Below, in pieces: positions 39,800-52,084 of a DNA stretch of 64,000 nt (its first letter is position 1; each line of letters begins with the position of its first letter). Location: positions 193,378,001 to 193,442,000 of the forward strand of contig JBITNC010000001.1 in NCBI GenBank assembly GCA_050084985.1, read 5' to 3'. The translations under genes were made by a program, and so were the position numbers. The DNA is from Nageia nagi. Taxonomy: Eukaryota > Plantae > Pinophyta. The notes under the pieces are model-generated. The model was not told where the DNA came from. It searched no databases and was given only the letters and a program-made list of their open reading frames with translations.

Positions 39800-40470
39800 A
39801 CATCTTCAGAAGACAAGAGTTTGTCTTTCTATGGCATCCGCCTAGACCCAGGAGACGCCTAGATCGAGATGAAGCATAAAGGAAGCAAACCAAGGCATTC
39901 TAAGGCCCAACGCATGCCTACAAAAGACAAGTTTTTGTTTTTTTCGGGTGTGCGCCTGATTGGGAAGAGGAGTAAATCGAAGTGTTAAGGCAAATAGGCC
40001 AATCTCGCTCTTCTAGAGACTGAATGCATGGTTAAAAAAAGACAAGATTTTATTTTTTTGTGGCATGCACCTAGATCAAGAGGCCGCCCGTGACAAGGTT
40101 GAGATCGAACAAGCAAAACTGGAGCACCCCGAGGGTGAGTGCACCTCTCAAAAAACAAGAGTTTGTCATTCTATGGTGTGCATCTAGGACAAGAGGCCGC
40201 CCAGATCAAGCTCGAGGCAAAATTTGAATAAGGCATGAACTTTCGAGATTAGCATCCGACACGCTCCAAAAAGACAATATTTCGACTTTCTGTGGCATGC
40301 ACTTGGCCAAGGAAGAGGCCGTGTCGAGGAAAATGGTGAAATTTGGCCAAGTCCCATTCATAAAGGTTCGAAAACAAGTGGAATTGGACAAGAGGAAGCC
40401 AACACATGGTTTAAAAAGATAGATTTTTGACTTTTTGGGGATGCGCTCAAGCTGGGACGACTGGTAGGAT
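39800..40470. repeat. Degenerate ~115-bp tandem repeat
   Basis: An AAAGACAAGAGTTTGTC...TGGCATGCACCTAG-like motif occurs at ~39810, 39925, 40040, 40152 and 40270. Confidence 0.7.
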
Positions 40471-40477
40471 GGGTGCA

Positions 40478-41689
40478 TGTGATGATCCAAAATGCAATTT
40501 GCATACAAAATAGGCAAATTCAACCTCAATCACCTTGATGTCAGGCCTAGGGCATCCACAACAAGCATTCAAACCCTCAAGATGGCAACGTTAGGGTTAG
40601 GGCATCAATATTCCACATGCACAACATTAATATACCCACTTTTGGCTAGAACATGCAATAGTCAATCAACAATACACCACAATGCCAACATCTGATAAAG
40701 ACAAGCATATACAACATTGATGATCCAACACATGCACAAGATGACTAAACATAACAATAGTATGAGATCCAGTTACCCTTGGTAGTATACAAATGATATG
40801 GAATGATGCAATACAATACCAAGCCTAGGAGGGCTGATGTTGGCCTCTTAGGAGCCAATTAGGGCACAACACAAATATCCTCTAATTGGAACAATATTGG
40901 CACCATGGGACAATATGCTCCCTCAGAACTCAAATACTCTCCATCGAAGGAGCCCTCCTTTGATCTTGAATAACCTACTGAATGGTAGAAGCAATACCTC
41001 GGAATAATACCAGGTGGGCAAGGGTGTTGCGCCAATGCCGTAGATAGACAGGATCCCTCAATGTGAATACCCTCTAGACACTGTGCCTAGGAAGGTTGCT
41101 TAGCATTGCTAAGAGTTGTTTTCCTCTATACGATATGAAAGTATAATGATAAAAGTATATCTAGTAATGAGGCTCCAATGTCTATTTATACATTTGCTCT
41201 ATTCGGATCTCACCTAGGAGTCATCACCTGGCTCCTCTAATCCAACGTTGGCCTCTTGGGGGCTCGGAATGCCCAATGTCGGTGTCTAAAGGTAAGACAT
41301 GCCAATGTGTGTGCCCTAGGTATGCCACGCATGCCCACGTGGTCAAGGAGTCAAGCGTTGGGATCCTGGTGTCAAATTGGGCCAACGTGGGGGTGTGGGG
41401 GCCTCTCCAAGGCTGGCACAAGTAAATAATGATTCGTCCCTCATCTAAGTGTAGTAATAGATCTTGGGATTCCCACAATCATTATCGGGATCTCCAATTA
41501 TATTAATAACTCCTAATCTAAGCTTAGGAGGAAGACGTCCCACTTGGGGCTCACAGTGGGGTCCATTGACCCATTGAGTCTCCTATCCTAAGTTATAAAC
41601 ATGAAAGTATAATACATAAATAAAGTATATTACAAAATGAACCGTTCGGACCCCACAATTAATTACAATTAAACAAGGGGGACATCACA
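40478..41689 (-). mobile_element. 3' LTR (1212 bp), TGTGA/ATCACA family
   Basis: The plus strand reads TGTGATGATCC...GGGGGACATCACA. The minus-strand PPT TTTGAGAGGGGAGGCTT lies at 41690-41706. Confidence 0.88.
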
Positions 41690-43300
41690 AAGCCTCCCCT
41701 CTCAAATTGCTTGCCCTCAAGCAATGGTGGAAGACTGTAGCATATTGTCTTCCAAGAATCCTTTAGTGCTGGCAGCTGTGGCTCATGATGATGGAATGCA
41801 ACTTCAATATTCTCCATTCAGGATAACCATATAGGATATATTGTTGACGTGCCACATCCATGCATTAATGTAATTTGCAAACACTCTGGTTTGTTGTATT
41901 TGTCACTCCTCATCAATTGCTCTAAGGTTGTCTTCCATAAGCATGTGAGTGTATGTATATCAGAACGAAGGTGTACCCACAAGATCCTTAAGGAAATCAT
42001 GGGTAAGTATTAACAGGTAGAGCCTTTGCTTCATGTGTGAGGCCAAAATGCCTTAGAACTCAATGTGGAATCCCATACTCTCTCCCCGACCAGTGTGAAG
42101 CAAGAAACCGTCTCATCCTCTAACGTGAGATACCCATATGCCATCTGGGTCATCATCATGAAGGTAGACTTCTCTAGGTCCATTGTGTCACCACCTAGCT
42201 CAATAATGCTCTATGAGAGAAACGCAACCTCCCTCATGCTCAACGTTGGGTAGCCATCTCTACTACCCTTCAATGTGGAATGTTTGGCCTCCCTAAGACT
42301 CAACGTGAGATATCCTAACTCTCAACAATTGGACGTGGCATGCCTAGCTCTCCGGGTGCCTAATGTGGGATGTCCAATCTCCCTGAGGCTCAACATCAGG
42401 TGGTAATCCTCCCAAATGCCCAACATGGGGTGTCTAGTCTCACCTAAGCTCCACGTCTGATGATAGACTCCCCTAATGTCCCACGTGGGGGTGAGGCTCC
42501 CTTCTAAGGCCTAACGTGGGATTTTTGATTCCCTTAGGACTCAACGTGGCCCCTCTTGGCTCCCTAGGCTATAACATGGGGCATAAAAGCTCCCTAATGC
42601 CCTCCATCTCCTACTAAAACTCATCTTCTCCCAACTTGGCCCCATCCTCTGTTTCCTCCTTTTGTCACCACTCAATCACTTTTGGCCTCTTATTGTCTAC
42701 CTGTGGACAATCATTTCTAATCCCTTGCAAGGTGTGAGTCTTTCCATCGATTTCGAAACTCATTGTGAGTTTTTGATAGTTGGTGTGGATATCACCCAAG
42801 TCAAACAGCCACTATAATCCTAAGATGATGTGAGGATGTCCCTTCAAAGGATAGATGTAGAAGTCCTCCCTCACTGTACAAATCTTCAATCTAACACCAA
42901 ACCTCTCAATGATGTGGTCTACCAACGTGAGCTTCTTGTTGGTGTTGGAAACCCTAAATCCTTCAAATCCCTTGGTCTTTAGGTTCTTCCTCTCTGCAAA
43001 GCCTGCATCGATGAAGTTGTGGGATGCTCCTAGATCAATCAATACCATCACATCTTGTCCTTTGGCCTACCCTACCAACTTTAGGGTAAGGTACTTGTTC
43101 ACCCCATGTAGTGAAGCTATCATACTACCCAACGTTCCTTTTGCCTGAGGTTCTCCTTGCTCTAGGGTGTCAACTCCAATCTCCAAATCTGAGTCATTTG
43201 ACTCATCTTCTGAAAACACCTCTATGTAGTGCACTTGTCCTTTCCCTTGACAATGGTGCCCTGGCTCTCAAGTCTTCTTGCTGTAGAAGCACTTGCCTTC
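41690..43300 (-). mobile_element. Internal region of a non-autonomous Gypsy element: gag zinc knuckle, aspartic protease, ~30-bp repeats and PPT
   Basis: EGKCFYSKKT*EPGHHCQGKGQVH (decayed CCHC-type knuckle) near 43230-43300 and VLIDLGASHNFID...IILGL*WL at 42812-43051. No RT or integrase before the PPT. Confidence 0.85.
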
Positions 43301-46300
43301 TATTGTGCCTACACAACACCCCCCCAAAATTTTTCACATTTTGAGGATCCTCAGGAAAGCAAAAGAGGAATTGCAGGAAAATTTGTCCAAGAAGATGCAC
43401 ATCTTTTGGTCTAGTCTTAGGAACGTGTTTAAACTGCATATTCATGGTAGTTGAAGTTGAAATCTTGCATTTTTCAGTATGTCGCATGTTTTTCCATGAG
43501 TGCTTTTGCACCTCTCTCAAGCCATGCGACCAGTCAGCTTTCCTCATGTTTGTCACTTGCATCATCATGTTCGAAAGCATCTTGAGGGCCTCCATGTTGT
43601 AGGAACCCTATTTGCATCTCATATGACGTTTTTTATGTCAAAAAAGCAAAGGAAACACCCATTTTCAGCTTGTCGCATGTTTTTGAGGGAGTGCTTTTGC
43701 ACCCTCTAGGAAAGGCGCGACTAGGCGGAACATCATCTCACACTTAGCATTTTTTCAGTGCATTTTGTTGTCGCATGCATTTCATAGAGTCCTTTTTGCA
43801 CCCCTTTAAAAGGGTGCGACCAAGGTGGCAAATCATACTTAGCATTTTTTTCTCACTGTCGCATGCTTTGAGATGAGTCCTTTTAGCACTCACCAAAAAC
43901 CATACGACCAAAGAGATTCTATACTTAGTTAAATTTTGGAGTCTCAAAGGCTATCGCGTGCATTTCATGGAGTTTTTTTAGCACTCACCAAAAACCATGC
44001 GACCAATGTGAGGGACACTTAGTCAAATTTTGGAGCCTCAAAGGCTGTTGCAAGGATCTAGATGAGTTCTTTTGCACTCATCCAAAACCATGCGACTAGA
44101 GGGAAGAGAGGAAAATTGACTAAGTATTGAGCCTCGTTGACAAGTGGGAGCCCATGCATTGGACCTCTTTCTACGCCTATCCCATGGTGACATGTGTCCC
44201 ACTTGGAGGGCTATAAAAGGGAAGTCAGCCCCCTTCATTTCAGTTTGCAAATTTGACAAGGAGCAAAGCATGGGAGAATAGGAGAAAAAACACCCCTTTC
44301 TGGGCATGCGACCAAAGACTACCATTTTTTTTTGAAGTTTTTCAGGTCCTAGGCCTTGGGAAGCATGCCAGGACTCAAGCGCAAAGATTTAAGCATGTGC
44401 TTTAGGCACCCATCCAAAAGGGTGTGACTAGGGGCTAAGGCTTCAAAATCAGTGTGAAATTTGGCCAAGTCACCCCCCTTTCCCAGCGCATCATTTTCAC
44501 CCCGTCCTTTTGCACACTCCAAGAAACATGCGACCTTGTTGTGGGCCTTCTATTTGACCCTTAGATGGATCAACAAGGAAGTGACACCTGACAACTACAC
44601 AAACTTATAAATATCACCCCCTTTTTTGAGTATTTCAAACATCATTCTAGAATCACCCCTCTTCTTACTCGCATCATTTCTCTTGCTTGCTTGGGCACTC
44701 ATTTCAAAACATGCGACCAAGGAAACAAGACCATTGAGAAACATTGCATATTCATTTTTGAACCCAGTCGCACCATTTCTCTTGCATGCCTAGGCACTCA
44801 CTCTGAAATGTGCGACCAAGGAAGAAAGGAGGATTTAGGGACATTGCACATTCAGTTAGCCTTTTTGGGCCAAGGCATTTCATATCAACCCCTGAACCCA
44901 ATCGCATACTTTCAAGGCAGTACTTGAGGCACTCTTTCAAAACCATGCGACTAGATTTGGAATGAATAATTGTGTTCGAAAATTGACTAAGTGACCCTAG
45001 GCCCAGTTGCATACTTTTCAAGCTATGCTTTTGCACTCTAGAACTGTGTGCCTAGATTGGTTAGACATCTGGAGTTGAGAAGAGCTTAAGTAGAATTCTC
45101 CATGGCTTCAAACATCAAAGCTCCTTCGTTGAAATCTAGAAAAATTCAAAGCTAGTTGTTCGAAAGGCATGTAACCAAAAGCTAGATGAATAGGCTTTTG
45201 AAGGAAATCCTGATAGACTTTCATTAGAACGAAAAAATAGAGTTCCTTGAAGCCAAATTCAAGGGGAAACACATTTTCGTTGGTGATATAGATTGGGGAA
45301 ACTTGGACCCTATGCTGACCCTAGCCTCCACGTCCTCCATTAGCAAAGAGGACTTTTCTGAGGAGCTCATCCACACATGCGGATTGTTCAATGCTGCCAT
45401 GATGCCATTTGCAGTACCTTTCCCAAACCTATGCAATGAAGTGGCCAGGAAATGTGATTATGGCATAAGGGTTCTGCAGGATACAAAAGGCAACGTGATC
45501 ATGGACTTTTCCTTTGCCGGAATTGAAGCAGGCTTTGGTTGGAAGAGGTATGGGGACGATTATACACTGACCCATTCCGAAGAATTTCATGATTCCATGG
45601 CCCGATCTGGAGACTATATTCGACCTTGGTTACTTGAAGAATTTCAAAACCTTCAAGGTCAGAGGCTGATCAGTGCACGGAGAGATGAATTCCTGCCAGT
45701 TGTGGCAAAATTGATCACCCTTTTGTCTAGAGTGACGGGTCAGGAAAATGATGTTAAGCATCGAAGAGAGTTCACAGGTTTTATTATTGTTATCAGTTCG
45801 GGAAGACCTATTCGATGGGTTGGGGTAATCAGTGATGCCCTGCGCTATCAGTTGTCCTTTTTCGGATCCTTAAAGAGATTCTATGTGAACTCTTATTTGG
45901 TGTACCTAATGCTACATGGCAAAGTTAGATCCAAGGAGCTGGCTGATGAAAGATACTTGGGGTAGAAATACACCCGTGTGTGGAGAGCATACCAGAAATG
46001 GTGGTGCTAGAACAAGTTCCAATACGTCTAGGAGAGGACCGATTTATGGGAATATGATATCTACAAGGATATCAAAGGAGAATCTGTAGTGAAGAGGATT
46101 TCTGATGCAGCTACTCAGGCCATCAACGTACATGCAGACTTCTTTATGTAGGATGCCGATTTTACATATATCAGAGTCTTTGGTTCAGAAGAACAACCCC
46201 TGCTCTTGCCCAGATTCGCCAGTGACAGGTTGATTCTCATGGAGTATGCCAGGCAGCTCTTGTTCCTGAAGGAGAGGGTTTGGAAGAAGAAGAATGCCAC

Positions 46301-49300
46301 AATAAATTTGCCTATTACTATATTTGGATATGTGTGCCAAACATGGGTGGAGGCAACGCATATGCAAGAGGAGTTACAACAGTACAACTTCTTTAGAGAG
46401 GCTGCTGCTAAGAATTATTATCCTAAGGGGATAATTGCATGTTTTTATGATACAACTTTTCATAGGTCCATCGCGTTTCCACACAAGCCTTTGGGAGATG
46501 AGGAGAGGTATAGAAATGTACATGACATAGGAGAAATTGCACGCATAAAGGCTCTCTTGAGCAAGAAGAAGGCTCCCCTTCAGGGAGAAAAACCTCCTCA
46601 AAAACCTCGAACTACCAAGCCCCGACCTAAAGAGGCCCCGTTGAAGATCAAGTCTCTTGCTCACACCATGTCCTCACCAAAGAAGACACCCTTGCTTCCT
46701 GTAGGAAAAAGACAAGAGGTCCCAAGGGAGCTCATCTCGAGTCCCAGCAAACATAGTGTAGTAGAAATTGATCTTAGAGATGTTGGATATCATACTCTTC
46801 CCCCAGATGTGCTAGACGATGTGGTGAATATAGCATGTGGTAGTATTTCATCCACTAAGGCGATTCCTTCCAGATCCGCCCATTCTCCTGGTCTAAGGGA
46901 GAAAGTTCCCCTTTTGCAACCAAGTTCTAGCTCTAGTTCTCAGCGTTCCTCTTCTTCTGATGAAGAGAACTGAAGATCTTGACCGTACGGTGGAGGATTC
47001 TACAGAAGAATCGGAGAGTCGTAGCAAGGAAGAAGAAGATGATGTTGATGATGGCAATGCTACCAATATGCCTGAGCAAAAGGACATAGCTATAGGTGCT
47101 TCAGCACCTGATGAAACTGAGATTGAAACCATCTCGGATGATGAGATAGTGGATGTTGGTACCTATGATGATGACATCCAGATAATTGAAAAGAAATGCG
47201 CTAGAGAAGTGGTTGCATCCAAGTCCTCTCCTGTCGAACATAGGAAGAAGTCCCCTTCTTTGCATAAGTCCTCTACCAAGAGGAGTCATGAGAGATCTCC
47301 CCAGCTCCGGAACAAAGGCTTATCTATAGGCGGTAATGGAGGAGATGAAAAAGACGAAGGAGAGACTGAGGAACAGAAGAAGAAGAGATGGCAGGAGGAA
47401 CATCAAGGCAAGGAAATGGTTGTAGTGTAGACCACTCTAGCGAAAGAGGTCAAGAAAATTGACAAAGGAAGATTGCTGGTTCAAAGGTTTCTCCCTTAGC
47501 CAACGATCGAACATCCAGATCTTGACTTGGATGCCTGCCTTAGAGCCCTTAGCATGAGTATGGCTCATGATGAAGATATAGACTAGGACCTGCATTCTGA
47601 TAATGAGGAAGAAATTTTAGATGGGGAAAAGATTCAGACGGTGGACACTTTAGTTTCCACCTCTCAAAAGGAGATCTCCATCAGCCATTGCTACTCCAAG
47701 GAGAAGCACCCCCAAAGAGCAGAGGATTGTATCGTTAAGACATTCAAGATGCCAGTTAAGCTAGGGTTAACAACCAAAAAACATAGTCACCCAAAATGTT
47801 GCAGTCATAGAGCAAGAAGGCTACGAAGCCAAAAGGGAAGTGAAGAAGTTGAAGAAGGAAGATCATAAAAGAGTTCCAGAAAATTAGTACCACTCCTTTA
47901 CACTTAGAGAAGCAGACTTCCTTCCATGAGGGATGGGAATTGATGAAGGAGCAGCTTAAGAATGAAGTGATGGAGGCCTTCGAAAGATTGTCTTCGTAGG
48001 TTTACAAACTCCTTGCCGAGGGTGTTGAGAACAAGGATCTCAAAACGCAGATTTCAACACACCCTAGTACGTTGGATAGTTACCTTCCCAACGTTTCCCA
48101 TATGTATCATATTTTCGTTGATAACCTAGAAAGTTGGTCTACAGTCATGAGTTCACCTATCACCATGATTGGTTGATCCATGCACTTGAGAAGTGCAACG
48201 CTATCTTGAAATTCAGAATCCCCTTGCAACGCTATCTTGAAAGTCAGAATCCCTTGCAAAAGGAGGTTGAGGAACAAATGAGTGAATATCTTTATCAACT
48301 CAAGTTCCAAGGGGAAGATAACAATGTCAGGAAGAAGGAAGAGGTATTGGCAGAGGCCTAGAACCTAATCCAGGAGCATCTTGAAGTTGATGATCTCAAC
48401 TTGCTGAAGGCAGGGCATCCCATTATTCACGAGAGGCGGATGGTCATCTGGAGACACCAGATGCAAGCTATGTCTAAGAAGATTGAAGGATACTTCTGGC
48501 AAGATGGTAGCACTATTGGTATGATCTCCAGGGGCGGGTGAAAGACTTTGGCATTCTTAGGGGAGACTGTTGAGTCCTATGGCCTCACCAACGATGAGTG
48601 GAACTCTATCCACACCGCCTATATCTAATTCACCTGCAGACTTCATCTGCGATATCTTTTTTCTGTGTTCCATGCATATGGTTATGTTGGTTATGTCAAA
48701 CTTTACTTTATTTTGATTTGACTGGTGTAGGGATGAGGTTTTGCTCTCGCCAGATCAAATCTGTTAGACTCATTTACGACTTTGACCGGTGCAGGGATGA
48801 CGTTTTGCTCCCGCCGGCTTAGATGTCGAACCTTTTCAGACTATTTATTGCGTATCTGATTTTCTGTTGCATAGATTAGATGTGTAGAGTAGATGCATTT
48901 TGGTGGTGGCATTTATATTTTGTCAGTTTTAAATGCCACTTACATAGTTTTGTGTGAAGATATCTGATTTTGTATCGGTATGTTGCGTGTGTGCACACCA
49001 TATCAGATTTGATGCCTTTAGGGCATCACTTCTAGCGGCCTATTTATACTCCACTCGGACCATTTAAAAGGGTATTTTGACATATGGGATTTTTGCACGA
49101 GGAATTTTGACATGAAGAGTTTATGTATATGATCTTTGTACTATTTTGCATTGGACTTTTGCACGTAATGAAAGCATTATATATTGCGATTCTTGCATTT
49201 TGAAATTGAGGCTATTGAGTTTATTTTTACAATCATTTTCAGCCTTTGCATGTCATAAGATTCACATTCCATTGCATAGAAGACTGTTGCATAAGGGGTT

Positions 49301-50020
49301 CTATGCATGTTTTGTTATTGAAAATCATCATGAGTGTGTTTGTTTAGAGGAATAAAATCATAAAGTTATACTGTGAGGAACATCGTTTGTGGGATTATGC
49401 ATATCTGAATGGTTCTTTCTATGAATTGCATATTGATTATTTTGTGAAAGAGTTTGATCCTTCTTTGAATAGTTTGCATGCAAGTGGATATATTCTGAGG
49501 CCTATAGGTTGTCTCTATATCATTCAGTTAGGTTATTGCACTTACGCCCTCACTCCATCTTTACCCTTTGCATGGAGTCTTCCATAAAGACCCTACAGCT
49601 TCCTGCTCTCGTCTGGTAGTGATTTGAGCATATTTGCTATTTGCTGCCCGGCTTGATAGTGAGTGTATCGACCTTAATGAATCTGAAGATGACCTACCAA
49701 GACACTATATCCCTGATGATGTTCTCATAAATCTTTTCCTTTCTTTGCATTCCCTTGCATTTATCCTTGTGTTTGTCTCTGCATTTGTGATCTTTTTTCA
49801 CTTTCGTTCACATTTGCAATCTTTCCTCATTAAGGAAAGGATCTCATGCGTGTATTTCCCTTGTATAAGGTTAACAACATGCATATTTGATTGCTGAGCC
49901 ATCAAGACCATATTCCATGTGAGCGTTTGGGGTAACCAGTCCTTTTAGGCAGAAACAAGTAACGCTGTTTCCTCCAAGTCTTGTGCATGTTTTGGGTGAG
50001 GAAAGAAAAACATACCAACA
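43301..50020 (+). mobile_element. Giant LTR-like element, family A copy 3 (6720 bp), possibly a 5' LTR
   Basis: Same termini (TATTGTGCCTACACAACACC...CATACCAACA). Flanks ccttc/taaga do not match. Followed by a PBS-like sequence and gag. Confidence 0.9.
45102..48625 (+). pseudogene. Decayed accessory ORF inside family A copy 3 (longest open segments)
   Basis: ATG at 45102; fragments 45303-45965 (220 aa), 46206-46973 (255 aa), 46960-47430 and 48134-48361. Confidence 0.85.
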
Positions 50021-50033
50021 TAAGAGACCATTC

Positions 50034-50050
50034 TAGCACTAGAAGGAGGG
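50034..50050 (+). promoter_or_regulatory. tRNA-Asn-type primer-binding site
   Basis: TAGCACTAGAAGGAGGG differs by two G>A changes from TGGCGCTAGAAGGAGGG, the complement of the recalled plant tRNA-Asn 3' end. It lies 13 nt after the copy 3 end. Confidence 0.7.
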
Positions 50051-50464
50051 CCTTGTCGGATCCCTTTCCTCTTCTTTTTACCCTTTTTATCCTTTCATCC
50101 TTTTATTTTGTTTTATTTCTCTTTTTTCAAGCTGGAACCATTCCCGTCAAATCCCGACTTGTTCAGTTCAAGCCTATTCGACTCCCATTTTCAGGTCTAT
50201 ACCTGTTCCAAGAGGGCCGCTAAAATTGTTGCTTTAGTTGGTCAGGGCTCATCACAGGCGAACGATACAGGCTTGGCCGATTTAGCCTCCGAGAATACAA
50301 TATTACCTTAGTCGGAAGGGTCTAATTCTACATTTTATGGACCATTTCCCCATACAGTACCGCATTTTGATACTACTTTTCAGCCTATCCCTGAGAGTTC
50401 TCTTGTTCCCGGTTCCAGTCCTTTACCTGTTGTCCAGATCCCCATAGCTCAACCTCCATTGCAG

Positions 50465-50975
50465 ATGCAATGGCGACGAGGGACACCTATCAATGTTCCA
50501 GGTACACAACATGCTACGCCGAAGAATGCTTATCAGAATATTATCAAGTTCAAGGCGGATGGCATTAGGACGGTTGAAGAACACAAACCTGTATAAGGAG
50601 GCTCTGGACTGGCTGAACTTAACTCATGAAGATGTGGCTTGCAGGCTTTTCTCACTCTCATTAGATGATCAAGCCCTCGATTGGTACATGAGCTTACCCC
50701 ATGGTTCTATAACTTCGTGGGATTAGTTGCAGACAACCTTTTTCAGTCAATTCAAGATGCCTGCAAACCCGCATGAGTTACACAATCACTTTGCTTCTAT
50801 GAAGCAACAACCTGGAGAACCTGTTCGCACATTCAATGCTAGATTTCAGAAAGCTTACTCCAGACTAGTGCCCCCAGGTAATGTTAATCAAGATATAGCT
50901 TTGTAGTTATACTTTGGGGCCCTTAACCCTTTCATCTTGGTTTTTGCCCGAAAGGAGGGAAACATCACTGCTTTA
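50465..50975 (+). pseudogene. Retrotransposon gag fragment (non-chromovirus Tat/Athila-like Gypsy)
   Basis: HEDVACRLFSLSLDDQALDWYMSLPHGSITSWD*LQTTFFSQF...MKQQPGEPVRTFNARFQKAY has the Retrotrans_gag signature. Truncated at a junction with LTR sequence. Confidence 0.85.
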
Positions 50976-52084
50976 GTAGTGGCCTATTTATACCCCATCA
51001 AGGCTATTTAGAAGGGGATTTTTTTATTTGGATGCACGTAATAGAATCTTTGCATATTGATGATTATTACATTTTGGGATGCCTGTAACAAGCTTTTGCA
51101 TATGTAAAGAATTTTGAGACTATTGCACCCTCTATAATTGAGGATTTCTACATTTTGAATGCGTGTAACAAGATTTTTACATATGTTTGGGTTGTTGCTT
51201 ACATAAGGTTTTGTATTTGTAAAAACTGAGGACTTTTGCTTATGTAAAGTTGAAGAATACAACATGTGTCATTTCTGCATATTACTGCCTATCTGTAAAG
51301 GTTTTGAATATATGTGAATTTGCATCCGAAAGATTTCAGCATTCCATTGCATAGAGGTTCGTTGCATAAGGGGTTTTATGCATATTATGTTATTGAATAT
51401 CATCATGACTGGATTTCTTTTGGGAATAAGGTTATAAAGTAAATACTGTGGAGATTGTCATTTGTGGGATCATGTACGTCTAAATAGTTTTCATTTTGAA
51501 GTTGCATATTGAATATTTGTTGAAGTCGATTAAGCTATTCATTGCATGGTTTGCATGCAACTAAATGTATTCTGGGGCGTATAGCTTGTCTCTATGTCAT
51601 TCGGTTAGGCATGTGTATTCACGCCCTCACTTCATTTACCCTTGTTCCACCGAGTCTTCCACCAAGACCCTACAGCTTCCTGCTCTCGTCTAGTAGCGAT
51701 TTGAGCACATATTGATATTTGCTACCCAGCTTGATAGTGAATACATTTCCCTTAATGAATCTGGAGATGACCTACCGAGACATTGCATCACTGGTGATAT
51801 CTTCATAAGTTCATCATTCTTTATATTCCTATGCATTTATCCTTGCATTTGTGATCTTTCTTTACTTTTGTTCACATTTGAAGTCTTTCCTCATTGTGGA
51901 AAACAAACTCCGGTGGTGTATTTCCCTTGTATACTGTTAACAACATGCATCTCTGACTATTGTGCCCTAGACCATATTCCATGTGAGCGCTTGGGGTAAC
52001 CAATCCTTTTAGGCGGAAACAAGTAACGTTATTTCATCCAAGTCTTGTGCATTGTTTGGGCGAGGAAAGAAAAACATACCAACA
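50976..52084 (+). mobile_element. 3' ~1.1-kb fragment of the giant LTR, subfamily B
   Basis: Starts at TAGTGGCCTATTTATACCCC and ends CATACCAACA. Closer to 56220-57320 than to copies 1-3. Confidence 0.85.

Noticed and set aside
43301-52084. Single element with a 5' LTR (copy 3) and a cognate 3' LTR ending at 52084
   Set aside because: Flanks CCTTC/CACTC match only 3 of 5, and the 3' fragment is subfamily B, so a simple cognate pair is not supported.
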